Shown here piece after piece: positions 28,913 through 39,299 of a stretch of 64,000 nt of DNA (within the stretch, counting starts at the first letter, position 1; the number at the start of each line of letters is the position of its first letter). The notes under the pieces are model-generated. The model saw only the letters and a list, made by a program, of their open reading frames with translations. It did no database searches and was not told the origin of the DNA. The translations under genes were made by a program, and so were the position numbers. The stretch is taken from sequence record DRR378314_419; one strand, given 5' to 3'.

Positions 28913-28996
28913 TTCTTACTCTCCACTTTTAGCAGTTGACCTTGTTATCTCAGCAAATATAGACGTCCATTCTGAAATAGAAAGGCGGCAATTGCC

Positions 28997-29010
28997 TTGA
29001 TTTGTGTCAA
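28997..29010. promoter_or_regulatory. FNR/FnrL/FixK-type box
   Basis: TTGAT-ttgt-GTCAA, one mismatch from TTGAT-N4-ATCAA, about 90 bp upstream of the ferritin-like gene start. Confidence 0.6.
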
Positions 29011-29148
29011 AGTTTGCGCTGCCTGTCACGAGTTTGTCAATTCAGAACATTATAAATACGGCACCGTAAAGGTTGATTTTGAATCGCCAGCATATAAACT
29101 TAATAAAGCGAAAAATTGGGTTGCGAAACAAAACGGGGTTGGGGTCTC

Positions 29149-31452
29149 ATGGTAAAAGTTGGTTTCCGGTTACTGTCACTAATATGGGTTTTGCTGTTAA
29201 GCGGATGTTTCGTCAGCTCACCCAAACCGTTGGTTAGCTCGAACACTAATCCAGGGTTACCAAAACAGGATTTTGTTCTTCAACTGATGGATGGCCCTGT
29301 CAAGCTCGGTTTAAATGTGGTTTTTAATGTAAACCCAAATCGGGGCCAGTATGATTTTTATGAGGTCGCATCCTTAGCAAAAGCCCGCTACGACGGAAAA
29401 AAAGCCTCCCCCAATGCAGTGCGGTTTTTGCCGCTGCCGCAGGACGATGATCTTTATGTTCTGCAATATAAGAGCAGTTCCAGCAATTATTATTATGTGC
29501 TTCTGCGTCAAGGCGATCGGTTTTATGTCAATGACATGAAGTTAAACAAAGAGGAACTGACCCGTGCAAAGGAGCGGGGGGTGCAGGGCGTTGGGAATTA
29601 CGGCGTCTCTCTTAACTCGCAACACGATCTCGTTATGTATGCTCAATATTGGCTGCAACAAAAGGGGCGTGGGTGGATCCATGATGATGCGCAAACCTTC
29701 ACCTATCGTGTTGTATCCAATCCAGATCAGCAGCAGGAAATTCGGGCCCGCCATGAAGATTTCATGTGCCTGGCTTATGCGGGGCATCCTGATGACCGGG
29801 TGGTTCAAAGCCAAAGACCACCGTTTAATGTGGGCAAACTTCTGCCCGCAATTAATGTGGGCAATGCCAAAGCCTATTGCAGCCATGGGGCTAAATCCGG
29901 GGCGTCCCCATCGGTGCGATATGCACTTGCCCGGGCTAAGTTTAAAAACCGGGAATATACGGGCACCAATCAGGAACCTGGTGCCCTGGATCTGGCGCGG
30001 GATCTTGCATCGGATGGGTTTGGGTTGGGCAATGTCCTGCTGGCCGAGGCTTATAGTAACGGCTTGGGGGTTGATCGAAACCGCAAAAAAGCGGCAACAA
30101 TTCTCCAGTCGGCTTCTCAGGATGATGTCAACGTTCTGTATTCCATGGGGGCCCACCATCAAAGCGGCACCTTTGGTAAAATTAATTACATAGAAGCCAG
30201 AGACTATTTCCAGCGGGCGGCCAATAAAGGGAATGCATCGGCTATGGCGGCGCTTGGGATTATATATAAGTTCGGCCGGGGCGTTCAAAAAGACTATGAC
30301 AAAGCTGTCGAGTTGTTTCGACAGGCCGCAGATCACCAGAATGCAGTCGGGCAAACGGAACTTGGAAAATCTTATTATTTTGGCAATGGTGTTAAGAAAA
30401 ACTATTCGACCGCCAACAGCCATTTCATCAAAGCCATTCAGCAAGGCAACGGGGAAGCCAGTTATTATGCCGGTTATCTTCACTTATATGGATTGGGTGT
30501 AAGGAAGAACCGATCAACAGCTCTTTCCAACTTTAAGAAATCTGTGGATCGGAACTTTACTGCTGGTCGTCATGCCTATGCGGAAACCTATTATGATAAT
30601 CTCCAAACAGCCAAACGGGATAAGCATTATCACCGTTGGCTGGAAGAGGCGTCTGATCGGGGGCGAAGGTCTGCTCACTACGTTCTTGCCAAGAAATATC
30701 TGCAAGGCTTTGATGTGCAGCCGTCGCTGTCAAAAGGACTGAGCTTGCTGGAAAAAGCCATCGCTAAAGATCATTGGAAGTCCATGCAGTATTTGGGTGG
30801 TTTGTATGAGCGCGGTGAATATGTCCAGCGGAACTATGATGAAGCGCAGCGGCTCTATCAGAAAGCGGCTAATCAGGGCAGCCTGGACGGGATGTACCGG
30901 CTGGCGGAATTTTATCGGACCGGCAAAGCGGGAAATGCCAAAAAAGCGGAAGCCAAATCCTGGTATCAAAAAGCTGCCAATAAAGGACATGCGCGCTCCA
31001 AGCAGGCCTTAAAGAAATATACAAATCTATCCTCCAGTTCCGTTGTTGATCTTCAGGCGGAGCGAGAAAGGGCTCGGAAATACGAGAAATGGGCAAGAGG
31101 GGGGCAGGATGCCTATTACTATCAGGCGGGTCTGGTTTATCTGAACAAACTTAAGGACCCCGATAACGCGGAAAAGAATTTTCTGGTCGCGGCAAAAAAA
31201 GGGGATACCTGGTCACAATATTATATGGGGGTCATGCACAGCCAGTATGGGAATTACCCAAAACATTGGAAACCTGAATTTGCCCTGATGTGGCTTTATA
31301 CTGCCGAGAAGACAGGGCTTAAAGCAGGCAAGAAAGTGACGGTAATTTCCAATTATTACAAATCGCTGGAAAAAACCATGAAGGCAGAAGCGCGGATCAA
31401 GGCGTTGGATCGCTCCAGAGAGTGCTTTTCATCAAATTATCAAAAATGCTGA
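29149..31452 (+). CDS. Sel1-like-repeat lipoprotein
   Basis: Lipobox LLSGC. Many SLR repeats (e.g. AMAALGIIYKFGRGVQKDYDKAVELFRQAADH) follow an unrecognised N-terminal domain. Confidence 0.9.
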   Translation: MVKVGFRLLSLIWVLLLSGCFVSSPKPLVSSNTNPGLPKQDFVLQLMDGPVKLGLNVVFNVNPNRGQYDFYEVASLAKARYDGKKASPNAVRFLPLPQDDDLYVLQYKSSSSNYYYVLLRQGDRFYVNDMKLNKEELTRAKERGVQGVGNYGVSLNSQHDLVMYAQYWLQQKGRGWIHDDAQTFTYRVVSNPDQQQEIRARHEDFMCLAYAGHPDDRVVQSQRPPFNVGKLLPAINVGNAKAYCSHGAKSGASPSVRYALARAKFKNREYTGTNQEPGALDLARDLASDGFGLGNVLLAEAYSNGLGVDRNRKKAATILQSASQDDVNVLYSMGAHHQSGTFGKINYIEARDYFQRAANKGNASAMAALGIIYKFGRGVQKDYDKAVELFRQAADHQNAVGQTELGKSYYFGNGVKKNYSTANSHFIKAIQQGNGEASYYAGYLHLYGLGVRKNRSTALSNFKKSVDRNFTAGRHAYAETYYDNLQTAKRDKHYHRWLEEASDRGRRSAHYVLAKKYLQGFDVQPSLSKGLSLLEKAIAKDHWKSMQYLGGLYERGEYVQRNYDEAQRLYQKAANQGSLDGMYRLAEFYRTGKAGNAKKAEAKSWYQKAANKGHARSKQALKKYTNLSSSSVVDLQAERERARKYEKWARGGQDAYYYQAGLVYLNKLKDPDNAEKNFLVAAKKGDTWSQYYMGVMHSQYGNYPKHWKPEFALMWLYTAEKTGLKAGKKVTVISNYYKSLEKTMKAEARIKALDRSRECFSSNYQKC

Positions 31453-31599
31453 CCTGATCTTTCACCAGACGGAACTCTGTGCTCATTTTGCAGTTTTGCC
31501 TTGCATCCTTTGGCTGAATTGCTAAGCATGTGCGGCGTTTCTGTGACCCGTGCGGTTCAGGAGCCGTTCCATTCTGTACCTTGTTGTTGAGATTTTATT

Positions 31600-32571
31600 A
31601 TGAGTATTTCTGTTGCATTCATTGGTCTGGGCGTTATGGGGCAGCGGATGCTGACCAATATGTCCAAGCATCCATCCTTCGACCTAACCGTGGCGTGGGA
31701 TCCGAATGCTGCAGCTTGCGCGGACACTAAAAGCAAATATCCGTCGCTGGAAATTGCTAAGACCGCCGAAGCGGCTATCACAGCCGCAAATGTTCAGGTT
31801 GTCTATATTGCCAGTCCACCTGCATCCCATCGTCAATATGCAATCGCCGCTGCAAAAGCCGGGAAAGTGGTGTATTGTGAAAAACCTTTGGGGGTAGATC
31901 TGCAGGATAGTCAGGCTCTGGTTTCAGAAATAGAGGCATTAAACGTTCCCAACACCGTCAATTTTCCATTTGCCGACAGCGCCGCCATCAATCTGATCGA
32001 GTCGAAATTAAAGGATGGGTCGATTGGCGAGGTTGTCGGTGCTGATTTACGTCTTCATTTCGCCCGCTGGCCCCGTGGCTGGCAGCATTCAGCGTCCTGG
32101 CTGTCTGAACGTGCCGAAGGCGGTTATGTCCGTGAAGTCGGTTCCCATTATGTTTTCCTGGTTGAAAAACTGTTTGGAGAGGCCCGCCTGCTGGATGCGT
32201 CCGTCCGATATCAGGAAGATCCAAAATTGTGCGAGACGCATTTCACTGCGAATTTGACCTGTGGCTCCGTTCCGGTCTCTTTTGCTGGTGGGTCGGGTGG
32301 AGTTGGGCCGGATCAGGTTGAATTTACCGTTCGTGGCACCAAAGCGACCTACCGGTTGTGGGATTGGGTCAATGTCAAATCCACAACAGGGGATGGCTGG
32401 GTGGATGAACTGCAATCAATCGAAGATCCCAGGGAAGACGGTTATATCCGCATGTTGGACAGTTTTGCGAAACTCGTTCGCGGTGAAGATCATCAGTTGC
32501 CACCGCTTCGGGCCGCCTTATCGGTTCAGCAATTGATTGAACAGATATTGGGGCAAGATCGCCTGAATTAA
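31600..32571 (+). CDS. Gfo/Idh/MocA family oxidoreductase
   Basis: FIGLGVMG Rossmann motif, VYIASPPASH, CEKP, GGYVREVGSH. Confidence 0.93.
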   Translation: MSISVAFIGLGVMGQRMLTNMSKHPSFDLTVAWDPNAAACADTKSKYPSLEIAKTAEAAITAANVQVVYIASPPASHRQYAIAAAKAGKVVYCEKPLGVDLQDSQALVSEIEALNVPNTVNFPFADSAAINLIESKLKDGSIGEVVGADLRLHFARWPRGWQHSASWLSERAEGGYVREVGSHYVFLVEKLFGEARLLDASVRYQEDPKLCETHFTANLTCGSVPVSFAGGSGGVGPDQVEFTVRGTKATYRLWDWVNVKSTTGDGWVDELQSIEDPREDGYIRMLDSFAKLVRGEDHQLPPLRAALSVQQLIEQILGQDRLN

Positions 32572-32639
32572 TTCGTTTGCGCCGGTTACTGCTGATTGGT
32601 TAAGCTAATCCTAAATTAAGTGATTAGCAGTATAGGCAT

Positions 32640-34871
32640 ATGAAAACTAACACTGATATTGAGAATGGCGTGGTTTCAGGTTTTCTGGACATGACTGATG
32701 ATCTGTTCTGGAAGGTTGATCACACAGGTCAAATTGTTCAGGCGGTAAATTGGCGGCTTTATTTTGAGACCGATATCTGCGGGCAACCTCTTTTGGATCT
32801 GGTGCAGCAATCACCCAATTCATCGCAGGATTGGGACTTATTTCTACAAAGCTGGACCGCTGGTACTGATAGCCCCAAACGGCGCTTGCAGCTAAAAGCG
32901 ACAAACAAGACGGTTGATGTAGAGTGCCATTTTAAACAAAGGACCACGGCATCAGGACCGCAGGAAATAATTGGTGTTTTTCGAAATATTACCGAACAGG
33001 TAACCGTTGAGCAGCAATTAACGCTGGCCGGAAATCGCTTTGATCAAGTGCTGGCGAATGCGCCAATCCTGATCTCTATTACTGATGTCGTCACTAACCG
33101 CTATGTGGATGTTAATGAGGCTTTTTGTGAATTTCATCAGAAGACGCGGGATCAGTTTATCGGTCAGAAATCCCTTGGATTTTTTGTAGATCAACAGCCC
33201 GGGTTTTACCAGGGACTTATCGATCAACTTTTAGCGGGTGAGGAAGTCCCTCAACAAGATATCACTCTGAAACGGGGTGATGGGGCTATTCGGACGATAT
33301 CTGCCTTGCTAGTGATCCTGGAATATGCAGATGGCCCTAAACTTCTGGTGTTTTCCACTGACATTACTGACCGTCTGGAGCTTGAGAAAAGTGCGCAGAT
33401 AACCGAGGCCATTTTAATGGCAATGAACCAGGGGGTAACCCTGTTTGATGAGCATTTCCAGCTTGTCTTTTGCAATGATCATTTCAAAAATCTGTTGAAT
33501 GTCCCTGAATGGCTATGTGTGCCGGGTACACGTTTTGAAGATATGGTCCGATATTTGGCGGCGCGCGGGGAATATGGGCCCGGTGAAGTTGAGCAACTGG
33601 TCAAGGAACGCTTTGAATTTATTAATCGGGATTATGTCTATAGTGCCCAGCGCGTGCAGGGGAGTGGTCGTGTCCTTGACATAGAAGGAACGCCTGTGTC
33701 CAACATTGGCCTGCTATCCATTTACAAAGACATTACGGAGCGGGTCGAATCTGAAACGAACATCCGGGAAAATGAGCGCTTGTTAAGAGAGGTCCTGGCA
33801 ACCCTCCCGTTCTCTTATACTCTCTGGGATAGCGAGGGAAACCGTATTCTGGGAAATGATCTAATGTATGAGTGGTTCAAGAAGGATGTACCCAACTACA
33901 AGGAGCTTATGCATAGTCTCCCCAAATTGATCGGCGAAATGATTGATAATGATTTGATCCACCCAAAACCGCAGGATAAAGAAAACTATATACAGACCCA
34001 GCTGCAACTGTTGAATAATCCTCCGACCGATGTCGCGGTCCTCCGGCATATTGGGGATAAACGGATGCAGGTGATCAATAAAAAACTGCCCTCTGGGTAT
34101 ATTGCCAGTATTCGCGTTGATGTCACCGAACAGCTTCTCCAGGAAGAGCAGCTTCGCCAGGCTCAAAAAATGGAAGCCGTTGGCCAGCTTACAGGCGGTA
34201 TCGCGCATGACTTTAACAATATCCTGTCCATCATGATGGGAAATATGGACATTCTGGCGGAACTGAACTTGTTCGAAGGTGAACTGGCCGCGAGCCGGTT
34301 TAAGGCGATCATGCGCGCCGGGGAAAAAGGCGCAGATCTGACGCAGCAACTGCTCTCTTTTTCGCGAAAGCAACAACTCCGTCCCACTAATTTAAATTTA
34401 AATGATGCCATTCTAGAAATGAATATGCTGCTGAAAAGCACCCTCGGCGGCAGTGTGGAACTTGAGCTTGATCTTGCCGATCACCTTTGGGAATGCCTGA
34501 TTGATCAGGGTCAACTTGAAAATAGTCTTATTAATCTGTGTATAAATGCCAGAGATGCGATGAGGGCAACAGGAACCCTTTCAATCAAGACCACCAACGT
34601 GACCCTCGACGATCAACTGTTTGAATATGACAGCGAGAAAGTCAGTGGCGAGTTTGTGAAACTGGTCTTTTGCGATACCGGCATCGGGATTTCAGAAGAT
34701 CATCTTAAGCAGATATTTGAACCTTTTTTCACGACAAAAGAGGTGGGCAAGGGAAGCGGGCTTGGCCTCAGTATGGTGTTTGGCTTTGTCAGTCAAACCG
34801 GCGGTTATATTGATGTGATCAGTGAGGTTGGCGTTGGCACCACTTTTGAAATCTATCTGCCCCGGCATTGA
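32640..34871 (+). CDS. Multi-PAS cytoplasmic sensor histidine kinase (CckA/NtrB-type core, no receiver)
   Basis: Several PAS and PAS_7 domains; QKMEAVGQLTGGIAHDFNN, NLCINARDAM, DTGIG, FEPFFTTKEVGKGSGLGL. Confidence 0.93.
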   Translation: MKTNTDIENGVVSGFLDMTDDLFWKVDHTGQIVQAVNWRLYFETDICGQPLLDLVQQSPNSSQDWDLFLQSWTAGTDSPKRRLQLKATNKTVDVECHFKQRTTASGPQEIIGVFRNITEQVTVEQQLTLAGNRFDQVLANAPILISITDVVTNRYVDVNEAFCEFHQKTRDQFIGQKSLGFFVDQQPGFYQGLIDQLLAGEEVPQQDITLKRGDGAIRTISALLVILEYADGPKLLVFSTDITDRLELEKSAQITEAILMAMNQGVTLFDEHFQLVFCNDHFKNLLNVPEWLCVPGTRFEDMVRYLAARGEYGPGEVEQLVKERFEFINRDYVYSAQRVQGSGRVLDIEGTPVSNIGLLSIYKDITERVESETNIRENERLLREVLATLPFSYTLWDSEGNRILGNDLMYEWFKKDVPNYKELMHSLPKLIGEMIDNDLIHPKPQDKENYIQTQLQLLNNPPTDVAVLRHIGDKRMQVINKKLPSGYIASIRVDVTEQLLQEEQLRQAQKMEAVGQLTGGIAHDFNNILSIMMGNMDILAELNLFEGELAASRFKAIMRAGEKGADLTQQLLSFSRKQQLRPTNLNLNDAILEMNMLLKSTLGGSVELELDLADHLWECLIDQGQLENSLINLCINARDAMRATGTLSIKTTNVTLDDQLFEYDSEKVSGEFVKLVFCDTGIGISEDHLKQIFEPFFTTKEVGKGSGLGLSMVFGFVSQTGGYIDVISEVGVGTTFEIYLPRH

Positions 34872-35057
34872 AGGGAAATCGTCAGCAATGTGTTGAATGC
34901 ACCCCAGAATTTCTGGCCTACGGGCAGGTTTGCAGTTTGAAGACCTTCATCATCACCGCGTTTGAAACACCCGCGCCAGGTCAGGCTTCCGCATTCCGTT
35001 TGAACCCAGTTAATTTTAGATCCAAAGACTTGGGTGACAACAGGCTATAATCCGCAT

Positions 35058-35795
35058 ATGAATATTCGTTCTGATCCACCTAACGGGAAGACTGAAACGC
35101 TGCCAATATCTGAAACACCCCCCATCGGTCCGCCGAAATCTGAAGAATTTGATGATCTGTATTTTTCTGCTGATGATGGATTGGCAGAAAGCCAGTTTGT
35201 GTTTTTGGATGGCAATAATCTGCCTCAAAACTGGCAGGGAAAACCGCATTTTGTCATCTGCGAAACCGGGTTTGGAACCGGGCTCAACTTTCTATCTGCC
35301 TGGAAATCCTTCGAAGATACCGCTGCGCCGCATCAGTCGCTTGATTTTATTTCCTTTGAGAAATATCCGCTGGCGGGCGAAAAGATAGGAACCTACTTGC
35401 TGCCATGGCAGGATTTTTTTTCAGGGCGACTAGAAAACCTGCTGGAAAGCTATCCCCCTTTAACGCCCGGGTTTCACCGGCTTGTGCTCACTGACCAGGT
35501 GTCTTTGACCCTGATATTTGAAGATGTGAACCAGGCCATTCCGACCTTGGTTGCAAAGGTTGATGCCTGGTTTCTGGATGGGTTTAAACCGGCGACAAAC
35601 CCGGATATGTGGAGTGAAATTGTGTTTCAGAATATGGCCCGTCTTAGCCGCAAAAATGCTCGGTTTGCGACCTTCACCGCCGCCGGAATCGTGCGAAGAG
35701 GGCTTGCCGATGTCGGGTTTAGGGTCGAGAAAACAGCCGGTTTTGGCCGTAAGCGCGATATGACAATTGGATATTTCCAAGGCGATGATACATGA
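35058..35795 (+). CDS. mnmD: tRNA nm5s2U34 methyltransferase (MnmC N-terminal domain)
   Basis: FDDLYFS..DGLAESQFVFLDGN, ETGFGTGLNFL, FISFEKYP, DAWFLDGFKP..NPDMW, GFGRKRDM. The start could alternatively be GTG 35034. Confidence 0.93.
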   Translation: MNIRSDPPNGKTETLPISETPPIGPPKSEEFDDLYFSADDGLAESQFVFLDGNNLPQNWQGKPHFVICETGFGTGLNFLSAWKSFEDTAAPHQSLDFISFEKYPLAGEKIGTYLLPWQDFFSGRLENLLESYPPLTPGFHRLVLTDQVSLTLIFEDVNQAIPTLVAKVDAWFLDGFKPATNPDMWSEIVFQNMARLSRKNARFATFTAAGIVRRGLADVGFRVEKTAGFGRKRDMTIGYFQGDDT

Positions 35796-36826
35796 ATATC
35801 GCAATTATCGGGGGCGGATTGGCGGGCTCAGCCCTGGCGTATGTGTTCGCTCGGCTGGGGGACACGGTTCGCCTTTATGAAGCTGGTCCAACGCTTGCCA
35901 GCGGGGCGTCGGGAAATTTCTCCGGCCTTTATAACCCTCGGCTTTCTGTGTTGCGCGGTGCGGAAAGCGATTTTTATACTGCCGCTTATTTTCAGGCGCT
36001 TCGCACTTTTAAAAAACTTGGGGATATCGATTGGCGCCCGAACGGTGTCTTGCATCTGCTGGAGACCGACAAAAAAGAGCAGCGCTATCGCCGAACCGTT
36101 CAAAACTGGGCGTGGCCAGCGGATCACATGCACATTGTCGATGCCGCAGAAGCCTCAGACATTGCGGGCATACCGCTTCGTTACGGGGCTCTATATTTGC
36201 CAAAAGGCGGCAGCGTGACACCGCAAAAACTGTGCGCTGCCTACACTCAAAACGCCGAGATACATCTGAACAGGCCAGTTGAAAAGCTGGAAGATATCGA
36301 CGCGGATGTGAAAATTCTGGCTTGTGGTCCGGCTGTCCATAAATTTGCCCCTTATCTGCCGATGATCCCGGTGCGCGGGCAAGTCACCCAAGTGAAAGCC
36401 ACCCCGATATCTGCAGAACTTAAATGCAATATTTCCTGCAACGGATATCTGATGCCGGCGGTGAAGGGGGTTCACAATCTGGGCGCGACCTTCCAGCCGG
36501 ATTTAAGCCATTGCAATCTCATTGATGCGGATAATCAGGAAAATATCGAAAGATTAGTCGATGTTATCCCAGAGTTGGGCACTGAACTGGTCGTTGTTGG
36601 GCAGCGGGCGTCGGTTCGGGCCACCTCCCGGCAGCGCTTCCCGATCATTGGACGGGCCCCGGGGGAAGAGAATATCTATTTCTCTGCGGCGCATGGCTCA
36701 TACGGTATTCTAAGTTCACTCATGGGCGCCCATTTGCTGGCGGATATGATAAAAGACCGGCCACGCTGTTTACCATCCCCGGTGATCAAAGCCTTATCTC
36801 CAGAGCGGCTTTTAAAAAAACAATAG
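35792..36826 (+). CDS. mnmC: FAD-dependent cmnm5s2U34 oxidoreductase (MnmC C-terminal domain)
   Basis: IIGGGLAG, ASGASGN, PVRGQVT, GATF, HGSYG; ATGA overlap with mnmD. Confidence 0.88.
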   Translation: MNIAIIGGGLAGSALAYVFARLGDTVRLYEAGPTLASGASGNFSGLYNPRLSVLRGAESDFYTAAYFQALRTFKKLGDIDWRPNGVLHLLETDKKEQRYRRTVQNWAWPADHMHIVDAAEASDIAGIPLRYGALYLPKGGSVTPQKLCAAYTQNAEIHLNRPVEKLEDIDADVKILACGPAVHKFAPYLPMIPVRGQVTQVKATPISAELKCNISCNGYLMPAVKGVHNLGATFQPDLSHCNLIDADNQENIERLVDVIPELGTELVVVGQRASVRATSRQRFPIIGRAPGEENIYFSAAHGSYGILSSLMGAHLLADMIKDRPRCLPSPVIKALSPERLLKKQ

Positions 36827-36891
36827 CCGCGCCATCGGCTTGAAGTTGCAGACGCCGTTCGTTGGAGGTGCTGAAAGCAGCGGTTGTGGAG

Positions 36892-37398
36892 CTAGGCGCC
36901 CACCTTGAGTTTGGAATTGATCTGTTCAGATACGCCGGGTATGCGGTCAGCATTTTTGCGGACCTTTGCCATTAACGAAATCAGCGTCGAAATTTCAGCA
37001 TCACTAAGGCCCTCAAACATCTGGTTTTCCAATTCCAGCAGAAGGGGGATGAGGTGGCGATACGTCTCTTTACCAGCTTCAGTTAGTCGCAAGACCGCTT
37101 TGCGTTTGTCATCTCCATCAATATCCCGTTTTAAAAAGCCCCGCTGTTGCAAAGCTTTAACGGCTCTGCTGACATTGACTTTATCCATGCTGGACCGTTC
37201 GACTATTTCGCTGGCAGACAGGATTTTATCCGTACCCAGCACGGCCATGGTTCGCCATTCAGAAACGGAAAGGTTAAAATGGGTGGCATAGATATCCGTG
37301 ACCGAGCTGCTGACGGCACGATAAAATATACGAACCAGATAGGGAAAAAAGCTTTCCAGTTCGATCTGTTGGTCCCGTGTTTCGGATTTGGTTTTCAT
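36892..37398 (-). CDS. MarR family transcriptional regulator
   Basis: LESFFPY, LSVSEWRTMAVL, MDKVNVSRAV, DKRKAVLRLTEAG. Confidence 0.93.
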   Translation of the reverse strand: MKTKSETRDQQIELESFFPYLVRIFYRAVSSSVTDIYATHFNLSVSEWRTMAVLGTDKILSASEIVERSSMDKVNVSRAVKALQQRGFLKRDIDGDDKRKAVLRLTEAGKETYRHLIPLLLELENQMFEGLSDAEISTLISLMAKVRKNADRIPGVSEQINSKLKVGA

Positions 37399-37554
37399 GC
37401 TGTGCTGCTTTAATCAGTCGTCTGAATTTTGCATTTTAATTACAACAGATACTAATATCAAGAAGTCAATAATAGGGTGTTAAAATGTTGGTAAACGTAT
37501 AAATAGTGTATTTGTGGTTATTGAAAACTTCCTTAAGGAGAGTTTCAACTTGAC

Positions 37555-37574
37555 TTAGTTGCACTTGTAACTAA
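37555..37574. promoter_or_regulatory. Palindromic operator, likely for the adjacent MarR
   Basis: TTAGTTGCA-ct-TGTAACTAA lies between TTGACT (37550) and TAATCT (37572). A degenerate copy is at 37436-37455 near the marR start. Confidence 0.7.
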
Positions 37575-37684
37575 TCTTCCAGAAGGTCATTTGACAACGA
37601 AAAAAAAGAACCGGGTATTGCAGGGTGAGTGGAGCGTCAGAGGTGCAGTATTCAAATCACAATCTGCAAGCTAGGGAGGGTTTG

Positions 37685-39289
37685 TTGAAAAAGGTTTTTG
37701 AAAGGCCGCTTTATCCTTACGAGCGGCACACCGATCAGGACGCGGGCATAGCAACCCGAAAATCAGTTGTGGTTATTGGGGCCGGACCGATCGGTCTGGC
37801 GGCAGCGATTGATCTGGCGCAGCAGGATATCGATGTGGTTGTCCTGGATGATAATGATAAGGTGAGCTGGGGCTCCCGGGCGATCTGCTTTGCCAAACGA
37901 CCTCTGGAAATACTGGACCGGTTGGGATGCGGCGATATCTGCGTGAATAAAGGGGTGACCTGGAACAAGGGCAAGGTCTTTTTTGATGATCGGCAGGTTT
38001 ATCAATTTGATTTGCTGCCCGAAGATAATCACAAACGTCCTGCATTTATTAATCTACAGCAATATTATATCGAAGAATATCTTGTTGAACGGGTTCACGA
38101 TTTAAAAGCCGCGGGTAAATCCATTGACCTGCGCGGACAGAATAAAGTCACCGCGATTGAGGATCAGGGCGATCATGTGGTGCTTGAAATTGAAACGCCT
38201 GATGGTCCCTATAGCCTGGCCAGCGACTGGGTCATCTCCTGCGACGGAGCCACATCGCCAACCCGCGCCATGATGGGACTTGATTTTGTCGGTCGGGTTT
38301 TTGAAGATAACTTCCTCATCGCTGATGTGGTGATGGACGCAGCATTTCCCACCGAAAGATGGTTCTGGTTTGATCCTCCTTTTAACCGGGGGCAATCGGC
38401 CTTGCTGCATAAACAACCCGATAATGTCTGGCGCATTGATTTGCAGTTGGGCTGGAATATCGACCGTGAAAAAGAAACGGATCCGGATCGCGTGAAAAGC
38501 CGTCTTCAAAAGATGCTGGGAAGCGATGTGAAGTTCGAGCTGGAATGGGTTTCCATCTATACATTCCAATGCCGGCGAATGGAAAAATTCCGCCATGGCC
38601 GCGTTCTTTTCGCAGGGGACGCGGCGCATCAGGTTTCCCCCTTTGGGGCGCGCGGGGCGAATAGCGGTTTGCAGGACACCGACAATCTTTGCTGGAAACT
38701 GAAACTTGTCATGGACGGGGCGGCCCCTGAAACTCTGCTCGACAGCTATGATGAAGAGCGGATCTACGGTGCGGATGAAAATATTCTCAACTCCAGCCGG
38801 TCGACCGACTTCATAACGCCTAAATCAGAAATGAGCCGGATTTTCCGAAATGCGGTTCTGGATCTATCGGAACGCGCGGAATTTGCCCGGCCACTCGTCA
38901 ATTCGGGCCGGCTTTCGGTGCCATGTGTCTATGATGGATCTTCGCTCAACGGTGCTGATTGCCTGGACATGCCCGCTCGCACCCGGCCAGGTGCCCCCGC
39001 CGTTGATGCGCCCCTTGAAAAAGGGTGGCTGCTGGATCATCTCGGGGATCGGTTTCAGCTTCTAGCCGTTGGTGATCATCCTGGTTTAAGCGAAAACCTT
39101 CAGGTTGATGAAATCCAAATTGACGTCATCCAGGTGCCCGCGACAGAGGAAATACAGATCCGATATCTGGGTGACGCTGACACGGCAATTTATCTGCTGC
39201 GCCCGGATCAGCATGTCAGTGCAAGATGGATCGAGTTTGATGAAGCTGAAATTCAGAATGCAGTAAAAACAGCTATTGGTCTTGGGTGA
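37685..39289 (+). CDS. FAD-dependent aromatic monooxygenase (PheA/TfdB/MhpA-like)
   Basis: GAGPIG, CDGATS, FLIADV, FAGDAAHQVSPFGARGANSG, C-terminal YLLRPDQHV. The probable TTG start follows GGAGG; the ORF track start is 37625. Confidence 0.9.
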   Translation: MKKVFERPLYPYERHTDQDAGIATRKSVVVIGAGPIGLAAAIDLAQQDIDVVVLDDNDKVSWGSRAICFAKRPLEILDRLGCGDICVNKGVTWNKGKVFFDDRQVYQFDLLPEDNHKRPAFINLQQYYIEEYLVERVHDLKAAGKSIDLRGQNKVTAIEDQGDHVVLEIETPDGPYSLASDWVISCDGATSPTRAMMGLDFVGRVFEDNFLIADVVMDAAFPTERWFWFDPPFNRGQSALLHKQPDNVWRIDLQLGWNIDREKETDPDRVKSRLQKMLGSDVKFELEWVSIYTFQCRRMEKFRHGRVLFAGDAAHQVSPFGARGANSGLQDTDNLCWKLKLVMDGAAPETLLDSYDEERIYGADENILNSSRSTDFITPKSEMSRIFRNAVLDLSERAEFARPLVNSGRLSVPCVYDGSSLNGADCLDMPARTRPGAPAVDAPLEKGWLLDHLGDRFQLLAVGDHPGLSENLQVDEIQIDVIQVPATEEIQIRYLGDADTAIYLLRPDQHVSARWIEFDEAEIQNAVKTAIGLG

Positions 39290-39299
39290 GGGGAGAGGC

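Noticed and set aside
29542-30483. 313-aa minus-strand ORF
   Set aside because: It is antisense to the Sel1 lipoprotein and has no family motifs.
32600-32614. One-mismatch CtrA-like boxes (also 19755-19769)
   Set aside because: Single-mismatch matches are expected by chance in AT-rich promoter DNA, and there is no independent support.
34860-35050. Possible lost receiver domain after the PAS kinase, or a small ORF at 34868
   Set aside because: I saw no receiver-like residues in the frames read after YLPRH*. The kinase core is complete and the 60-aa ORF has no support.
35058-36826. mnmC in two ORFs as a possible frameshifted pseudogene
   Set aside because: The break falls at the domain boundary with a clean ATGA overlap and intact motifs on both sides. 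Separate mnmD and mnmC genes are an established arrangement.
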